Origin: the human T2T-CHM13v2.0 reference genome, Homo sapiens
Reading direction: 5' to 3' (one strand)
Length of the DNA: 64,000 nucleotides
Assembly: GCF_009914755.1 (NCBI RefSeq)
Contig: NC_060926.1
In this document: one piece after another, positions 44,887 through 58,170 of the stretch
Layout: every line of letters starts with the position of its first letter
Numbering within the stretch: the stretch's first letter is position 1
Made by a program: the position numbers and the translations under genes
The notes under the pieces: generated by a model
Databases searched by the model: none
What the model was told of the DNA's origin: nothing
Seen by the model: the letters and a program-made list of their open reading frames with translations, nothing else

Positions 44887-45497
44887 CAGGACTGCTAACT
44901 AGATGGTTTGGCCAAGGTAGTGTATTAAAAGCAAAATGAGCTTGGTACAGTGGTGTGCACCTGCAGTTCTAGCTACCAGGGAGGGTAAGGCAGGAAGATT
45001 GCCTGAGCCCAGGAGTCCAAGACCAGCAAAATGTACAGTGTTTAAAAATCAACAGATTTTACTTTAAATCTTCATTTCTTTAAAATTTGGATGACATGGA
45101 AACATTCCCGGGAAAGAAGAAAAAGGGGAGAACTATAATGGATAAATTGCAGGCAACAAACCCAAGACATTTTCAAATCAACAGGTGCCATCTCAAGAGA
45201 GAAGCCATTCTATTGTCCAGATGTTATCAATTTCTAGGTATTGTAATTTAAGGGCCCTCTCCATACCAAAAAAAAAAATAATAATAAAACATATGTATAC
45301 TGGATGTTTTCCTTCTTTGAAACAATTTATTTCTTTAACATCCAAAGCGCTAAACATTACGTCTGTTTTTCTTATCATACTGCCATTTATTCTCAGAACT
45401 CAATCGCCTCTTTAGACAAAGTGCATTTCTCACGGTACCTGGTTTCTTTGGTCATTTAATTTATCTGCTTGCTGAAATTTGAGTCTTGTGACCCTCC
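44887..45497. mobile_element. MER102-like hAT element, interrupted by an Alu monomer and a copied genomic segment
   Basis: 'tttaaaaatcaacagattt...ggaaacattccc' resumes as 'gcctctttagac...tcatttaatttatctgcttg...atttgagtcttgtgaccc', in the order of the recalled MER102 consensus. Confidence 0.6.
44939..45027 (+). mobile_element. Alu monomer (FLAM/FAM-like), tail-less
   Basis: 'ggtacagtggtgtgcacctgcagttctagctac...gagcccaggagtccaagaccagc', flanked by AGCAAAATG at 44930-44938 and 45025-45033. Confidence 0.75.
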
Positions 45498-46188
45498 AAG
45501 TAGAAGTTCAATGAAATATTTCAGGGAGAAGAATTACAGGATAGTGTGCTGTTTTCAAAATACACAAAACAGGAAACTGTTAATTTAAGAAGTAAAGATA
45601 TTTTGGCTGTGGAAAACAGAAAGAACTTAAGAAAAATGAGAAAGATAGGTAAAATTAGGCTGTTCCAAAGTCTGGATTTTTTGAAAACTTGAGATAGAAT
45701 GTATATTGTTCCTCACTTTTATCATAACAACTTCATTTTTACTAGTATTTTTATTCTCTGAAGTTTGTTACATCGAAGTGTTCCTTTAGCAGGAATAGAT
45801 AGATTTGAAAAATAGGCTTAATCTACTATTTCTTCAGGACTTTCTCCCTACATGAGAATCTGGCAAAATTACTGCTCACTTGCTGCTGACACATACAATT
45901 CCCAGGAAAAAAGAAAATAAGAGGAAGAATTATGCGAGAAAAATCACAGGCAGCAAATAAACCCAAGACATTTTCAAATCAACAGGTGTCATCTCCAGAG
46001 AGAAGCCACTTTGTTGTCTCCATGTTGCCATTTTCTAGGTTTTGTAATTGAAGAATGTTTCTCTACACTATAAATAAAACATCTGACACGGTAGATTATT
46101 CTCTTTTTTGAAACACTTTATTTTTTCAGCTTTCAGGATGTCACACGCTAGTTCTATTTTTCTTAACTTGCTGACCATTTATTCTCAG
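45104..46188 (+). repeat. Diverged direct duplication: 45104-45396 and 45898-46188
   Basis: Collinear alignment by eye; cores 45158-45207 and 45959-46008 are 48/50 identical. Confidence 0.9.
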
Positions 46189-47355
46189 TATTCTCTGCTA
46201 GATTCTGTTATTTTGTGACCTCCAAATATGAGAAGGCTCAGTTTTCATATCTCTTCCCCATCTAAACTCCCTTTCTGGGTAATTTCATCTTGTCCTGCGA
46301 CTACAATCTATCTATATGTGATGATGCTTATGCTTGCATCTCCAGCCACAACTCTCCCTGAAAATTCTGACTCATGTATCCATCTACCTACTTGGATGTC
46401 CACTAGGTATATCAAAACCAAAGTCTAAAAACAACAACAAAACATCCACTTTTCCACTCCAACCTCCCCCAAAGGATAAAAGTCTTGATTTTCCATTCGC
46501 AACAAGTCTTCCGCTAATAACACCACTATTCTCACAATTAAGTGGGTCAGAATTAAAGAATATATTTAAATTCCGCTTTCTTCCACTCCACACCTCTAAT
46601 CTGTCGGCAAGTGCAGTCTGCTCTGTCTCTAAAATGCATGTGGGATTTTACCACTTATTGGCTTGAACCTCACAACCACCTAAATCTAAGCCACCACTGT
46701 CTCTTTTGTGGACGCCTGCTAGAGCATCCTAATACGGTTTTTTTTCCTCCCTCTTCTCTGCAATCTATTGTCCACACTGCAGCCAGAGTTATCTTTTTTT
46801 AAAAAATAAAAGTCATCCTCATGATCAAATGTTCCCAGTGGCTTTCTAACACACTTAGGGTAAAATTCAGATCCTTTTCAATAACCTGAATGATATGAGA
46901 AGGCATCTGGCCTCCTTCCTGCTCTTCCTGGCCTCCTACTCTTTTTCCTTCCTGCTCATGCTCCTCCAGTTAGCCAGGTCTTCTTATTCTTCAAACATCT
47001 GCATTTGCTATTTCCATGCCTTGTGATCCTCTTCACCAAGACAGTCACATGACTACTTTTCTTATTTCATTCTAGGGTATAATAAAAGGTCCCCTTTCAA
47101 AGAAGCCTCTCATAATTTTTCCTAATATAATCTCCTATTACTTTCTAGCTCACTTTTTCCCATTTCCCTGCTATGCTTTTCTTCATAGGTATTATATTAT
47201 ACTCACATCATATTATTTCTTTTTTCTTTGTTATTGATATTCTCCAATAGAAATTATGTTCTAGGAGGATAAGAATTCTATTTTGTTTACACTTGCCCAT
47301 AAAGCCTGACATATAGTTGACACTCAACAAATGGTTGCCAAATAAATGAATAAAT
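46080..47355 (+). mobile_element. L2 LINE 3' portion
   Basis: L2 hallmarks 'catctacctacttggatgtcc', 'ccacactgcagccagagt', and the end 'cctgacatatagttgacactcaacaaat...aataaatgaataaa'. Confidence 0.75.
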
Positions 47356-47734
47356 TAAAGACTACGAGATTGAAATACCAGAAAATGATCATAACACTTG
47401 TCCTAATTCTTTACCTCACATCAAAAAGTGCTAAAATGTGCTGTTTAGGAACCCAACAAAGATCACTTAAAATATTTTATTAAACATACTCTTCTACAAG
47501 CAGAAGACATTATAAAAAAGAATTTTTTTCTACACATTATTTATCTTGCTCACATTTACTCTGATATAAAAATGGATTCTAACGTATATATCAGCTCTAG
47601 GAAAAATCAAAGCAGGTCCTTTATATGCTTGCTAGTTTTAAAATACAGTCTGATTTCATCCACTTAAATTGAATACGCAACTACCATTTCCTTGTACTCT
47701 GCTGAAACTTGTGAAAGATAACAAAATGAATCAC

Positions 47735-47960
47735 AATAACTATTGTTTATAGAACAACTTAACTTATGCCAGGGAATGTGCTAAAAGCTTTACAAGCACT
47801 ATATCATATAAGTTCCTGTGACAACTCCATGAGGTATAAGGTTCCCTATTTCAGAGAAGACAAAACTAAGTGAGTCAGACAACTTGTCCTACACCAGACA
47901 GCTGTTAAGTGGAGGTGAAATTTGCATCCTTGCCTTTCTGATGGCTACATTGGTCATTTT
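47735..47960 (-). mobile_element. MIR SINE
   Basis: 'tatgccagg..tgtgctaa..gctttaca...acaactccatgaggta...aacttgtcc'. Confidence 0.6.
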
Positions 47961-50900
47961 TAGTGTAGAACTCACTGCCACTAGCAGGTCTCAAGAACAC
48001 TCCTGGTGACCCTGATGACTCAGTTCATCCAAATATGTAAATCCTCTGCTCTGTCGTTAGGGACTAAGGTTGTTGAAGGCCATTTACCTATGTCTAGAGT
48101 ATCCTTACCAGTAGATTATTGAAAAGTTATTGAATTACTAAAATTTAGTTTTCATAAACTAAAATTAGTACTTAATAGAGTTTACTGAGAATTCTAATTC
48201 AATATCCTAATGAGAAAGCTGGCTGCTACCCAACACCTGAGAGCAATGCAAATCGCACCCTCTGCAAGAGCACATGCAAACAGGCAGAACTGCCAAAATC
48301 TTCAGCACAGATAAAAGTGTAAGTGGTTTTCAAGTGCCATTTAAAGTAACATTATTCCTACTCTAAATAACAAATTCCTGTTTATTTAGACTTCATTATT
48401 GTCAATTTAACATGTGAAAGTTTCTTTGCTTAACAGTATCACATGTAATGGTACTTATTTGAATCAGAACTATTTGTGATCTAAAATTGTATTATGGATA
48501 TATTTTTAGATAGCTACACATAGCAAACAATATGAATCATCCACATTCCTGCTACAAAGCAAATATATACATATATCACACCCTGCTTGAATTTTACTAG
48601 GTAGTGAATTTTTTGTTATCAAGAGTTTGAGGGTTTTTTGTTTTGTTTTTGGAATGGGTTATGAGGAATTGTGGTCAAAAAACGAGAACTTCTTTTTGGT
48701 GTTAACAGGGCTATGTCTGCTTTGCTCTAGTGATTCCTAACCTACTGTGCGAAGGAGGCATAGCAAGGCAAGACTGTTTAAGTATAACCATAAAGGGACT
48801 CACGCACTCTCAGGTGAAGTGCAAAAATACTGATCACGGTGCTCAAACATTCTGGAGGAGTAAGCATTCAAATTCAGAAATGTAAGATGATTTCTCAAAG
48901 AAAAGAGGAAAAACCTATCATTAATTTTTTAAAATATATCTTCCAGAGCAGGTTTCTCAACAATTTTACATAGAAGACGAGTATTTTTGTCTCCTTAAGA
49001 TTTGGACTTAAGGTCAAAGTTGTTGAAGGTTGATAGGCTATTGTAAGCTTCAGGTGAAACCTAGAGAGGAGAAGGGAAGAAGATAAATCTACTATCCTAG
49101 ATTCTTTTTAAGAAGCAGCACGTTCCACTCCTGACTCTCCCGAAGATGGTCTCAGGTCTTCAGGTGACCCTATGCAAGGACCCTACTGTGCACTCTGCTG
49201 AGTGTTCTGGCTCTCTGGTATCAGGTCACTGGGCCTACTCTACTTTTGGTGTCATTCTGGCCCTGTGAAGAAACCATGAGGAGAATCTGGTCGATGCATT
49301 TTGTAGTTAACACCGCAAAGGACATGAGAAACTTAGCCAGAGAGCTATTAGAGTGGCGATCAGTGACGCTGCTGCTCTACCCAGTCTGTCTTGTGTGCTT
49401 TAAGATGGAAGACACCTAATGCTGACTTAGCCTTCCCTAAAGTGAACAGACCACTCTTCTAAGGTTTCTGCTTGTTGTCAGGAAGTATAAGCAAAGAATG
49501 ACAAGCAGAACAATGGACATTTGTTAAGTGATTGGCTTGCATACGTTGGCTCCTTCAATGCTAACAGCAACGAGTAGGTGCCATTATTACAGCCATGTTA
49601 CAGATGAACGGTGGGTACTATTATTAAGTCCATGTTACAGGTGAGGGCGTGAAGCTTATCAAGGAGTTCATTGGTCATTTCTTGACCAGGACACAAGCTC
49701 CTAATGTTTCTCTCTTTTGTAAATCTGAGTTTTCCAACACTTTTTGATTTAAGAATTGATCTGGAAAGCCCTTCATTCACAGTTGTTTTCTGGCTACTGT
49801 CAGTAAAAAGGATAGGCTCAAAGGAAATCTGTTGTGTTTAGAATGGTGGAGGTATGAGAGATTTCTTTTTTATCTTTAAAAGCTTCATTACTTGTTTTAC
49901 TGGTGTTAGTTATTGACTCTTTTTCCTTTATAGTAACAGAATTATTTCTGTATGAAAGGTTATTTAAAAAGTCACATTCTAATGGCAATCAATTAATTGA
50001 CCAACAAATACAGTAAAATTGCAAAACAAAACCTTGCAATGTTCTTAAATACATTTGGACACTCAAAATAAGATAAAATCTTACAGATAATGTGAATACA
50101 TTATTAGTTATTTCACATTAGAAAGGAAGAATGTTGGAAAAAAACATCATATTTGGTTTAAACATTGCTTTCCACACACACGTTTCAGAGGCTGTGACAT
50201 TTTCAGGATCATAGATTCTTTGGCTGTTTTTCCCCTTTTAAGTGGGGATGATTTATTGGCTAAGTTTCCACAGTAACTCCCAGCACTTGTAGAACTGTTT
50301 AGCAAATCTGCATTATTTTGCATTTCCACTAAGGTCACGGTTTTCATAGATTCAAACAGCAAGGAATTTTAAAATTTCTCCCTCTACTAAAGTTTACTGG
50401 CTATTGTACTCATTATCTTAGCATTCTTATTAGTTTCTTTTGAGAAAGTACACCTGGTAAAGTCGAGTAACTAAAAAGGGTATACTATTCAAACGCAATG
50501 TTATTCAAGCATTGGAATCCTACTCAAATAATAAAAGAAAAGAAAACTGAAAATAGAGTGAACAAGGTTATTATGTTAGGCAGAGAAAAAAAACAGTATT
50601 GTGGAAAACATAAGTATGTGTAGGATACACATGAGACCTCAAACAGATGCATCTTTGTGGAAATGTAAATAATTTATTATAGCAGATAAAACTGGGAAGG
50701 AGCTTCTGCTAATTAACATACACAGTCATTTTCCCTGTGTAGAGAAGTCCAAAAACTGTTTCCATTTGCAGGCATGTGGTCATTAGACTAATGGGCACTG
50801 CCTTTGGACAGGATTTACTTATACCCCAGCTGGCTCAAAAAAGTAATCATTCTCTAATTAAGAGGCTTCCTCATGTGTTTTCTATTGTCATTTCTAGAGT

Positions 50901-51888
50901 TCCACTATATCTAGCTTGGTAGTACAAAAGTGGTATGCTATTTAATTATCAGCCAGTAGTGGGGCTGAGAGATACCCTGAGTTTCATCATGCAGTCATTT
51001 GTTTCTATTGATGGTAGAGGATAGGAGGGTAGGTATACAAGCATATACATGAAAGAAACTTTCTTTTCCCACTCAGTTGGAATAAATTATAACATGTCTG
51101 GACAAATATGTGCGTGACTATTTTCAGGACTGATTGGAGGTCATAATGGATTTTCAAAAGTAAAACTCAAATAGAGAATAAGCTTGATTATTCTACTAAC
51201 CCTCTGTTTTTATGTTTTTCACTTAGATTTTAAAGGGTTGAGTTTTTAAAGGGCTTTAGTAATTTTTTAAGAGACGAATTCAAGAACAGGGGAAATGGCC
51301 ACTCCTAAATATTGCATAAAACCTGGTTGACACCACATGAGGTCTGGAAGGATATATTTCCCATTATTAAACCTAGCTGTCCCTCATATAAGAATGGGTT
51401 ACTTGCATTATTTTTTACTTTTCCATTCTTGATCAATATTTTCAAATGTTTCTGGAAATGTTTTCCAGCACTGTTAGAGGGTAACACATTTTCTCTACTC
51501 CTGAGTTCATGAGGAAGGATTTTATTTTTCTTCTCGGTTTTTCCCTATGCCTTTGATTACCACAGTTGGGAAAAATAATTTTAGGCATGTTCTGTTCAGT
51601 TCCATGCTTCTTCCTATTGGGAGAGCTTTTATAAGGAAGCACAGGGCCCTTTGCTCTTTCAAGGGCTCTAATTCATGGGTGCCCCTTGCCCAGGGCCCAT
51701 CACTTGTGTGCATGGAGTTAGGCTTGCCTAACCCAGGGGTCCAGTAAGCAGGTTCGTGTGGCTCTCACCACTAAGTCATGTTGTCCAAATTGGTCTTTGT
51801 GCATTCAGGTGTTTTTGAAAAACCTTGTTCAGTATTCTGCAAAAACTTACACTATTCCAAATCTACCCAGCTCTGTAACGAGAGAACT

Positions 51889-51891
<3 letters not shown>

Positions 51892-51927
<36 letters not shown>
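51892..51927. repeat. Poly(A) run of about 36 nt
   Basis: Read directly; no adjacent SINE/LINE body recognised. Confidence 0.95.
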
Positions 51928-51929
<2 letters not shown>

Positions 51930-54553
51930 CTCAGAAAAATATTATCATTGAAAGGCATTTAATTTTTAATAAATAAATATAATAAGAACAGGTCTTTAGT
52001 TAAAAATTAAAAGGATAATGTTGCTTGATAGATGGGAGTCCAGGAAAGAATTGTGGTTAGGAGACATGAGTAAAATGCACAAATGTCAGGTAGACGAGTA
52101 CAATTAACCCTTGCCAAACAGAGCTTGTGGCATAATGCACCCCAAGAAAGAATAGTCTGAACAAACTGTACTTGGTTCCTCTACAGATTGTTCCCTTCAC
52201 CTATCTGTATACTTTGCATGAAACTACTGTTACTTGCTGATATAAAACATTAATATGCTAGGAAAAAAAATCACAAATGAAGGAAGCGATGTCGAGTTTC
52301 CTTTATACTGACATATTTCCCATATTCCAATATGTGTAAGATTTTCCACATTACTGAAATGGAAAACATAGCAGAACAGACAAAATCAAGGATGATAATT
52401 GTTTATTCATCTACACTTTCCATCTTTTTTAAATATTCAAATTGTTTAGAACTCCATAAGGAGTGCTATTGGGGGGTAGGGGTCTTCAGAAACGCCGTTG
52501 CTCATATAAACATAATAAAGTGGGAACATGATTAAAATACTTAGATTTCTGATTGTAATGAATATAATAAAGAAAAACTAGCTTAAATAAATAATGCCAG
52601 AGGGTATCAATGGCTGGACAAGATAAGAGTTTCATTAGCAAAACCACAAGGCACTAGACCAGAAAGTTTCCAGGTGAAAGGACATTAAAAAGGTTCCATT
52701 GGACTAATGAAATTGGAATACACTAACAAACATGTCAGTGTGGACAAGTAAGGTTCTGCTCAAAATCTGTAAACTTATCAAGAAAGTATCTGCTAGAATT
52801 CTGAATGCTGAAACTGAAAAAAAGTGTGCTTTGGGCAAACAAAGAGGAATGTTTTGCATTCAAGAAGTGTATGTTTTATTTTTATAAGATTTGGTAGAAA
52901 CTGAAGATATGAATATGTTTAAGAAATATACAGTTGATTATCAAAGGGCATGTTGTGATGATATTTCACACACCTGGGTTGATGCTCCGCAAGATATATC
53001 TATTCATGTCATAGTGCTGTGTGATCACCTTAATGCAAAATCCCAGAGCAGAGGCTCTTGTGAACTGCACTGAGAAGTGCCCACTCTAATAATGAAATAT
53101 TGTGGACCTTTTCTGATACTCAGAAAAGTGGGTTAACCAATGTAACATTTCAAATTTAAATTTTCTTCCATGATTTTCTCGGATATTTTTGGCCCTGTTA
53201 TCAAAATATGTTCATATTAGATACCAAGCGCTTTGTTTAGGCCTTCAGGTTCCTCATTCACACTCAATGTGGGAAGATGCTTACATTAATTTTTGTTTCT
53301 AAAATGGAAATATTTTAAAATCTATACCTTAAGATGGGAAGGCCTGCTAGTAAAATTACTCTTAATGTATATGTGTGAATCAAATACCAATATCACTAAT
53401 GGTTTGAAAAATCACTGCCCAGGAGTAGCAGTAACTGCAGGACAGTCAGGAGATGTTCCAGTCTCTCCCTGAAAGCAGACATGTGTCCTTTGGCAAATGG
53501 TTTGATAACTGGGGACTTGGCTTCTTCACTGGTGAGAGCGGGGAGGGAGAGGGCTTAAGTGGCCCATAAAACTAAAATTTCTAAGATTCCTTCTAGATTT
53601 GATTCCCTTCCAAAGTATGACTAGGGGTACCCTAAGGGAAGACAGGACACTTTACTAGATGAATTCAGCTGGGATCCTACGTGAGACGTCTTTAATTGGT
53701 TATATTAATAGCTAATGGCAAACAAAAGGCAAGGCAGAGAAAAGGATGGAGCAATTATTGCATGCTGAGACCATTTTGGGGTAGGCAAGTTGCCACAAGA
53801 GCCTATGGTTGGAATTTTATTTTATTTTATTTTTTACAAACAAAACAATTCATTTAAAAGCAACTTAAAACACAACCAGGGTGATTTTCCTAACAGCTCT
53901 TTCTGGTATTTCAATATCTTGCTATATTCAAAGCTGGAGATAATCATGCAAACCAGCCAGCCTTTTCACTTCCTGGAAGCCCTAGTTCAGATTATTTTAC
54001 TCTTAGGGAAGTGACCTCTCTTCCCCTATTGACCTGGGAAGGGGCAGAAAAATCCCAGTAGAGTGAACTGAAGGTTTGATACAAGAAGTTGCTCAACCTG
54101 GACTTGCCTAGAACAGCAGCCTTTTATTCTGATTGAATCTGTGGAAAATAAGACCCAGAGGAACTCAGACTAGTATAGCTTGTCTTCTTTTATCTATTAC
54201 TGTTTGGAAAATAAAATTAATCTGTAGCAGAAGAAAAATAAAGGTGACAAACATTTGCTCTAGGTACGTAGGGATCAAAGTAACTGAGCCTTCATGTCTT
54301 TTTTTCCACTAATTTAATACATCCATTAATTTTATAAGTATGGATACAAGAGAAATCATTTTTTTGTTGGTTTTTTTTAATGGTAGACTTATTTGCTACA
54401 TCAGCTATAATTTTTTCCACACCCCTTTTTTAACATTAAAAAAATGTAAAAACCTTTGCTTCAATGTAAAGTATGTTGAACTGTTTCCAATGATGAATAT
54501 CATCTGCCAATCTAATAAATGTGAGTAAGGTGAAAACGGAATAAATAGAATGT

Positions 54554-54642
54554 GGGGGCGGGAAACAACCCTTGAAACGGTAATCAGCAAGTAAAGCTGA
54601 ATTCCTATGCCATAGTGTCCCCTGCTGGTCGATTACGGAAGT
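54554..54642. promoter_or_regulatory. Candidate CTCF site with GC/E2F-like and ETS motifs
   Basis: Minus-strand CGACCAGCAGGGGACACTA (54613-54631) resembles the CTCF core; GGGGGCGGGAAA at 54554-54565; ACGGAAGT at 54635-54642; local CpG retention. Confidence 0.45.
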
Positions 54643-55384
54643 AGTAGCTTTCGGAGAGCAAGTCAAACATCTTGGTTAGGCCATATCATGTTTTGAACAA
54701 AAAAGGCACAAAAACGAAAGGAATGTGTGCATATTGTTTTTTGTCTATTTCTTTTTACATAGTCATCATTGGCAGTGGGACGAATGGGGGAAGGATTGTT
54801 TTATGCGTGAAGAATCCCAGAGCCCATTAGAACTAGGCTTAGCTCAGCCACTTCTCCAGTGATACGTGATCTGGCACTCACAGATCTTTCTTTAAGCCTC
54901 AACTCCTCCCTGTAAATTGCAATTAGTAATAATAATAAATGATAGATTTACTGCAGAGAGCTGTTACAAAAACATAAGAAGAGAAGGAGGAGGAGGCGGA
55001 AATTACACACAGTAAAGTGTACTTAAAATGATATAGCGCTTTCCAAAACAAATATTAATGTAAGGGTGCGGATTGGGGGAGACACTTCCATTAACAATTA
55101 AACTAACTTCCCTTATAATCATCAAAAGGTAATCCAGGCTGGGCACCCCAGGCATGGTTGCTGAGCTATCAGACTTTCAAATTCCTACAACATCACCTGG
55201 TTTCCAAGGACTTACTTGGGTACCTTTGAACAATGTATGTTGCTCAGATAATTTATATTACACAGAATTTACTATATACTTAGAGAGGTCTCTACTGGTT
55301 GGTAAACAGAGGTGATGGGGTAAAGGAGATTAAGGTGCTCCTTGTTTGCTTGATAATCATTAATGATTGAGTCTCCATCCTGTT

Positions 55385-55532
55385 GCTAGTTGTCTGACCA
55401 GCAGCATCTGCATCACCTGGGAGCTTATTAGAAATAAGGAATCTTAGATTTCATCCCAAACCTACTAAATCAGAATCTGCATTTAAAAATTATCCCAGGT
55501 AATTCTTATATATGTTCAGGTTTAAGAAACTC
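55385..55532. mobile_element. MER5A/B (hAT-Charlie)
   Basis: 'gaccagcagcatctgcatcacctgggagcttattagaaat...cctactaaatcagaatctgcattt'. Confidence 0.8.
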
Positions 55533-57904
55533 CACTCTTTCACATTTGGGCTATAAGCTTTCTCTGGCAATACATCAGTTGTTATCTAGTACATATGTAC
55601 AGAATAGTATTTTTGACTTGACCTTATTTTAAAACTACTTGGAGAAATTAAATTAGAAGGAAAAACTATGGCTAAGGATAATTAATTTTTATGAGCCTCA
55701 AAAGAGACGATAATAAGATGACTTTCCTAAATGTAACTTAGTATTATGCTACTTTAAAATTTTTACAGCTTTGTAATACTAATTTTAAGGTAATCTCATG
55801 TATTTGTATTAATATACACATTTTATATTTGCCCTTAGTATCTGTGTTGATAAGAATTTTAAAATGCAGATTATTTCATTAGAAGAGATTTTAGAAAATA
55901 GACTCAAGTCTAAGCAGACGTTTGAAAAATCTAAGAGGGCCGTAGCTTCCATTAAAAATACCATTTACCCAATCTTTTGTCAGTTAATGCCCTCTGAACA
56001 TAAGACAATGTTCTGAGTTGTTGGAAGTGGACTGCTATACTAGCAACACCTATGATCACAGTTTCTCTATAGATACAATTTTAAAATAAACCAAACTTGG
56101 AAAATGAGTGGATGGGTATTAGAAAGAAAATTCATTCTTTTTCACTTACTCCCTACCCCCTACCACTTACCCTAAGCTCCACCTCACACCCTCTGTTGTG
56201 TCTTCTTCCTTTAGGAATATTTTGTTTAGTTTTTTTTGTTTGTTTTGTTTTGTTGTTGTTGTTGTTGTTGTTGTTTTTGGTCATAGCTATGCTCTATTTA
56301 ATAGGTGAAAAGACTTTAATGCCAGTGCTTCACCCAGGATAGTTTCTTTCTAACTGGTCCTTGCTATAAAAGTATCCATTCTCCTCCTATTATTTAGTGT
56401 CCTGGCTATAGGTGAAGGAAGTCATCTGATTCAACCAGTGCACACTGAGGTGTGTGAACTCTGAACATTCTTCTTTAACCTCCCTAGTGGAAACCCACTG
56501 AGTTTTTAGGAAAGACACTCACACAACTCAGTGAAAAGCTTCTTAGCAGAACTTCATACAATTTAAGACACAAAGAGTTTTAGGGTTGAAGTGGGAGATA
56601 TTTCAGGACCCAGGTACCTTTCTGGGTCCATTAAGCCCCTCCAATCTTCTTTAGCCTATTTTCTACCTAAACTATAGGCTCTAGCTAGCTACACAGGTAA
56701 TATCCTTGTAGAAGGGTAACAATTGTGAGAAAATATGGATTTCAGAGTTTGTCTGATTTCCTTTACTGAACACTCCTTTGAAAGTATTGAAAAGTCATAT
56801 GTTTCCAATCACTAAAGTTGGACATTAAGGATCAGGAAAAAGGCCTGGAGGGGGATCTTTGCAGTATAAGAGTTTTGACTCCCTGCTCTAGTGGTGAGAG
56901 ACCTTTCAGTCAGAGAGAAAGGATCTTGACTTGAGAGAGTAACAGGGTTTCCAATCTGTTCCTTTCATTGAACAGAGTTCAAAAGAGGCTCAAGGGTGCA
57001 CCTCTCTTAGGCTCTTTATATTGACACACTCTTCTCTTGCCAAAAGCTTGGTTTGCAGAACAAATCAAAAACACACCCTTGACAAACGTTCTGGTCTAGA
57101 ATAATCACCTCTTCCCCAACTTACTATGCCAAAGAGGGGAGCTTAAAAATGACAAGGTGTGTGTGATATTGTCTATCTCTGCATTCTTCATAAATCTTCA
57201 AAGTCAATATATCTGGACTGAACTAAGGATATATGATGTTTCTCATGCTTTCATTTAAAGTAAGATCTTGAGGATCTTTCCACTTGCAGATTGATATGCA
57301 TCACAGAAAAGTTTCCTTGTTGATGTTCAATGAAGTCGCAGGCTCAACACATGAGCCTACCAAACACGGCAAATAAAAATTTGTTCAAGATTGGAATTAA
57401 GGGCAAAATATCAAATAAAATGCTATTGCAAACAATGGTGTCTCTTCAAATGCTAGGTTTGGCATAGAAACCAACAATCTCCAAGAGGTGGAAAGAAAAT
57501 GAAGATCTCTTAAGGGCAATGCAAACTTCCAGAGACATTAGGATTTGCTTAGCATATAGAAAACAATGAAAATAAAGAAAATAAAACAAAACTTCTTTCT
57601 ATTGTGTCACAGTAATCCACCTGTTGGTAGCACCCAATTTGGGGACTGAAATAATGGTGATTTTCAACAGAGAAAATTGTACATTTCCTTTATGCATCCT
57701 TTCTTCACTATGTTTCTGACTTTTTCTTCTACCTCAACATGGTACAGTGGGAAGCAAACAAAATTGGGAATCAGAAGACTTATTTTGCTCCCAGGTTTAT
57801 TACTCACTCACGTGACTCAAACACAGTGCTTTAATTTCCTGAGGAATTAATTATATTTGTATGAAAGAAGTATTGCACTCTATATAAATAATAATTACAG
57901 GAAA

Positions 57905-58170
57905 AATAATAATAGCTAATTCTTAATGAGTATTTCTTATTCTCCAGTCATTTTTGAAGGTGATTTACAATTGTTAATTCATTGAAATTCTCACAAAACT
58001 CTGCAACGCTAGATAATATTATTATCATTGTTTTATAGATGAGGAAATTCAGCCACAGATTGGTAAATCATTTGTCCAAGATCATGCAGCTGATAAATAG
58101 TGAAATCAAGATTAAGTTTAGGTAGTTGAGCTCCAGAGCTTACAGTTTTTCATGTTAATTCTCCTCCTCT
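57905..58170 (-). mobile_element. MIR SINE
   Basis: 'aataatagctaat...ttttatagatgaggaaatt...tttgtccaagatcatgcagct'. Confidence 0.7.

Noticed and set aside
51892-51927. Long poly(A) as a retrocopy tail
   Set aside because: No TSD, upstream poly(A) signal or recognisable body found
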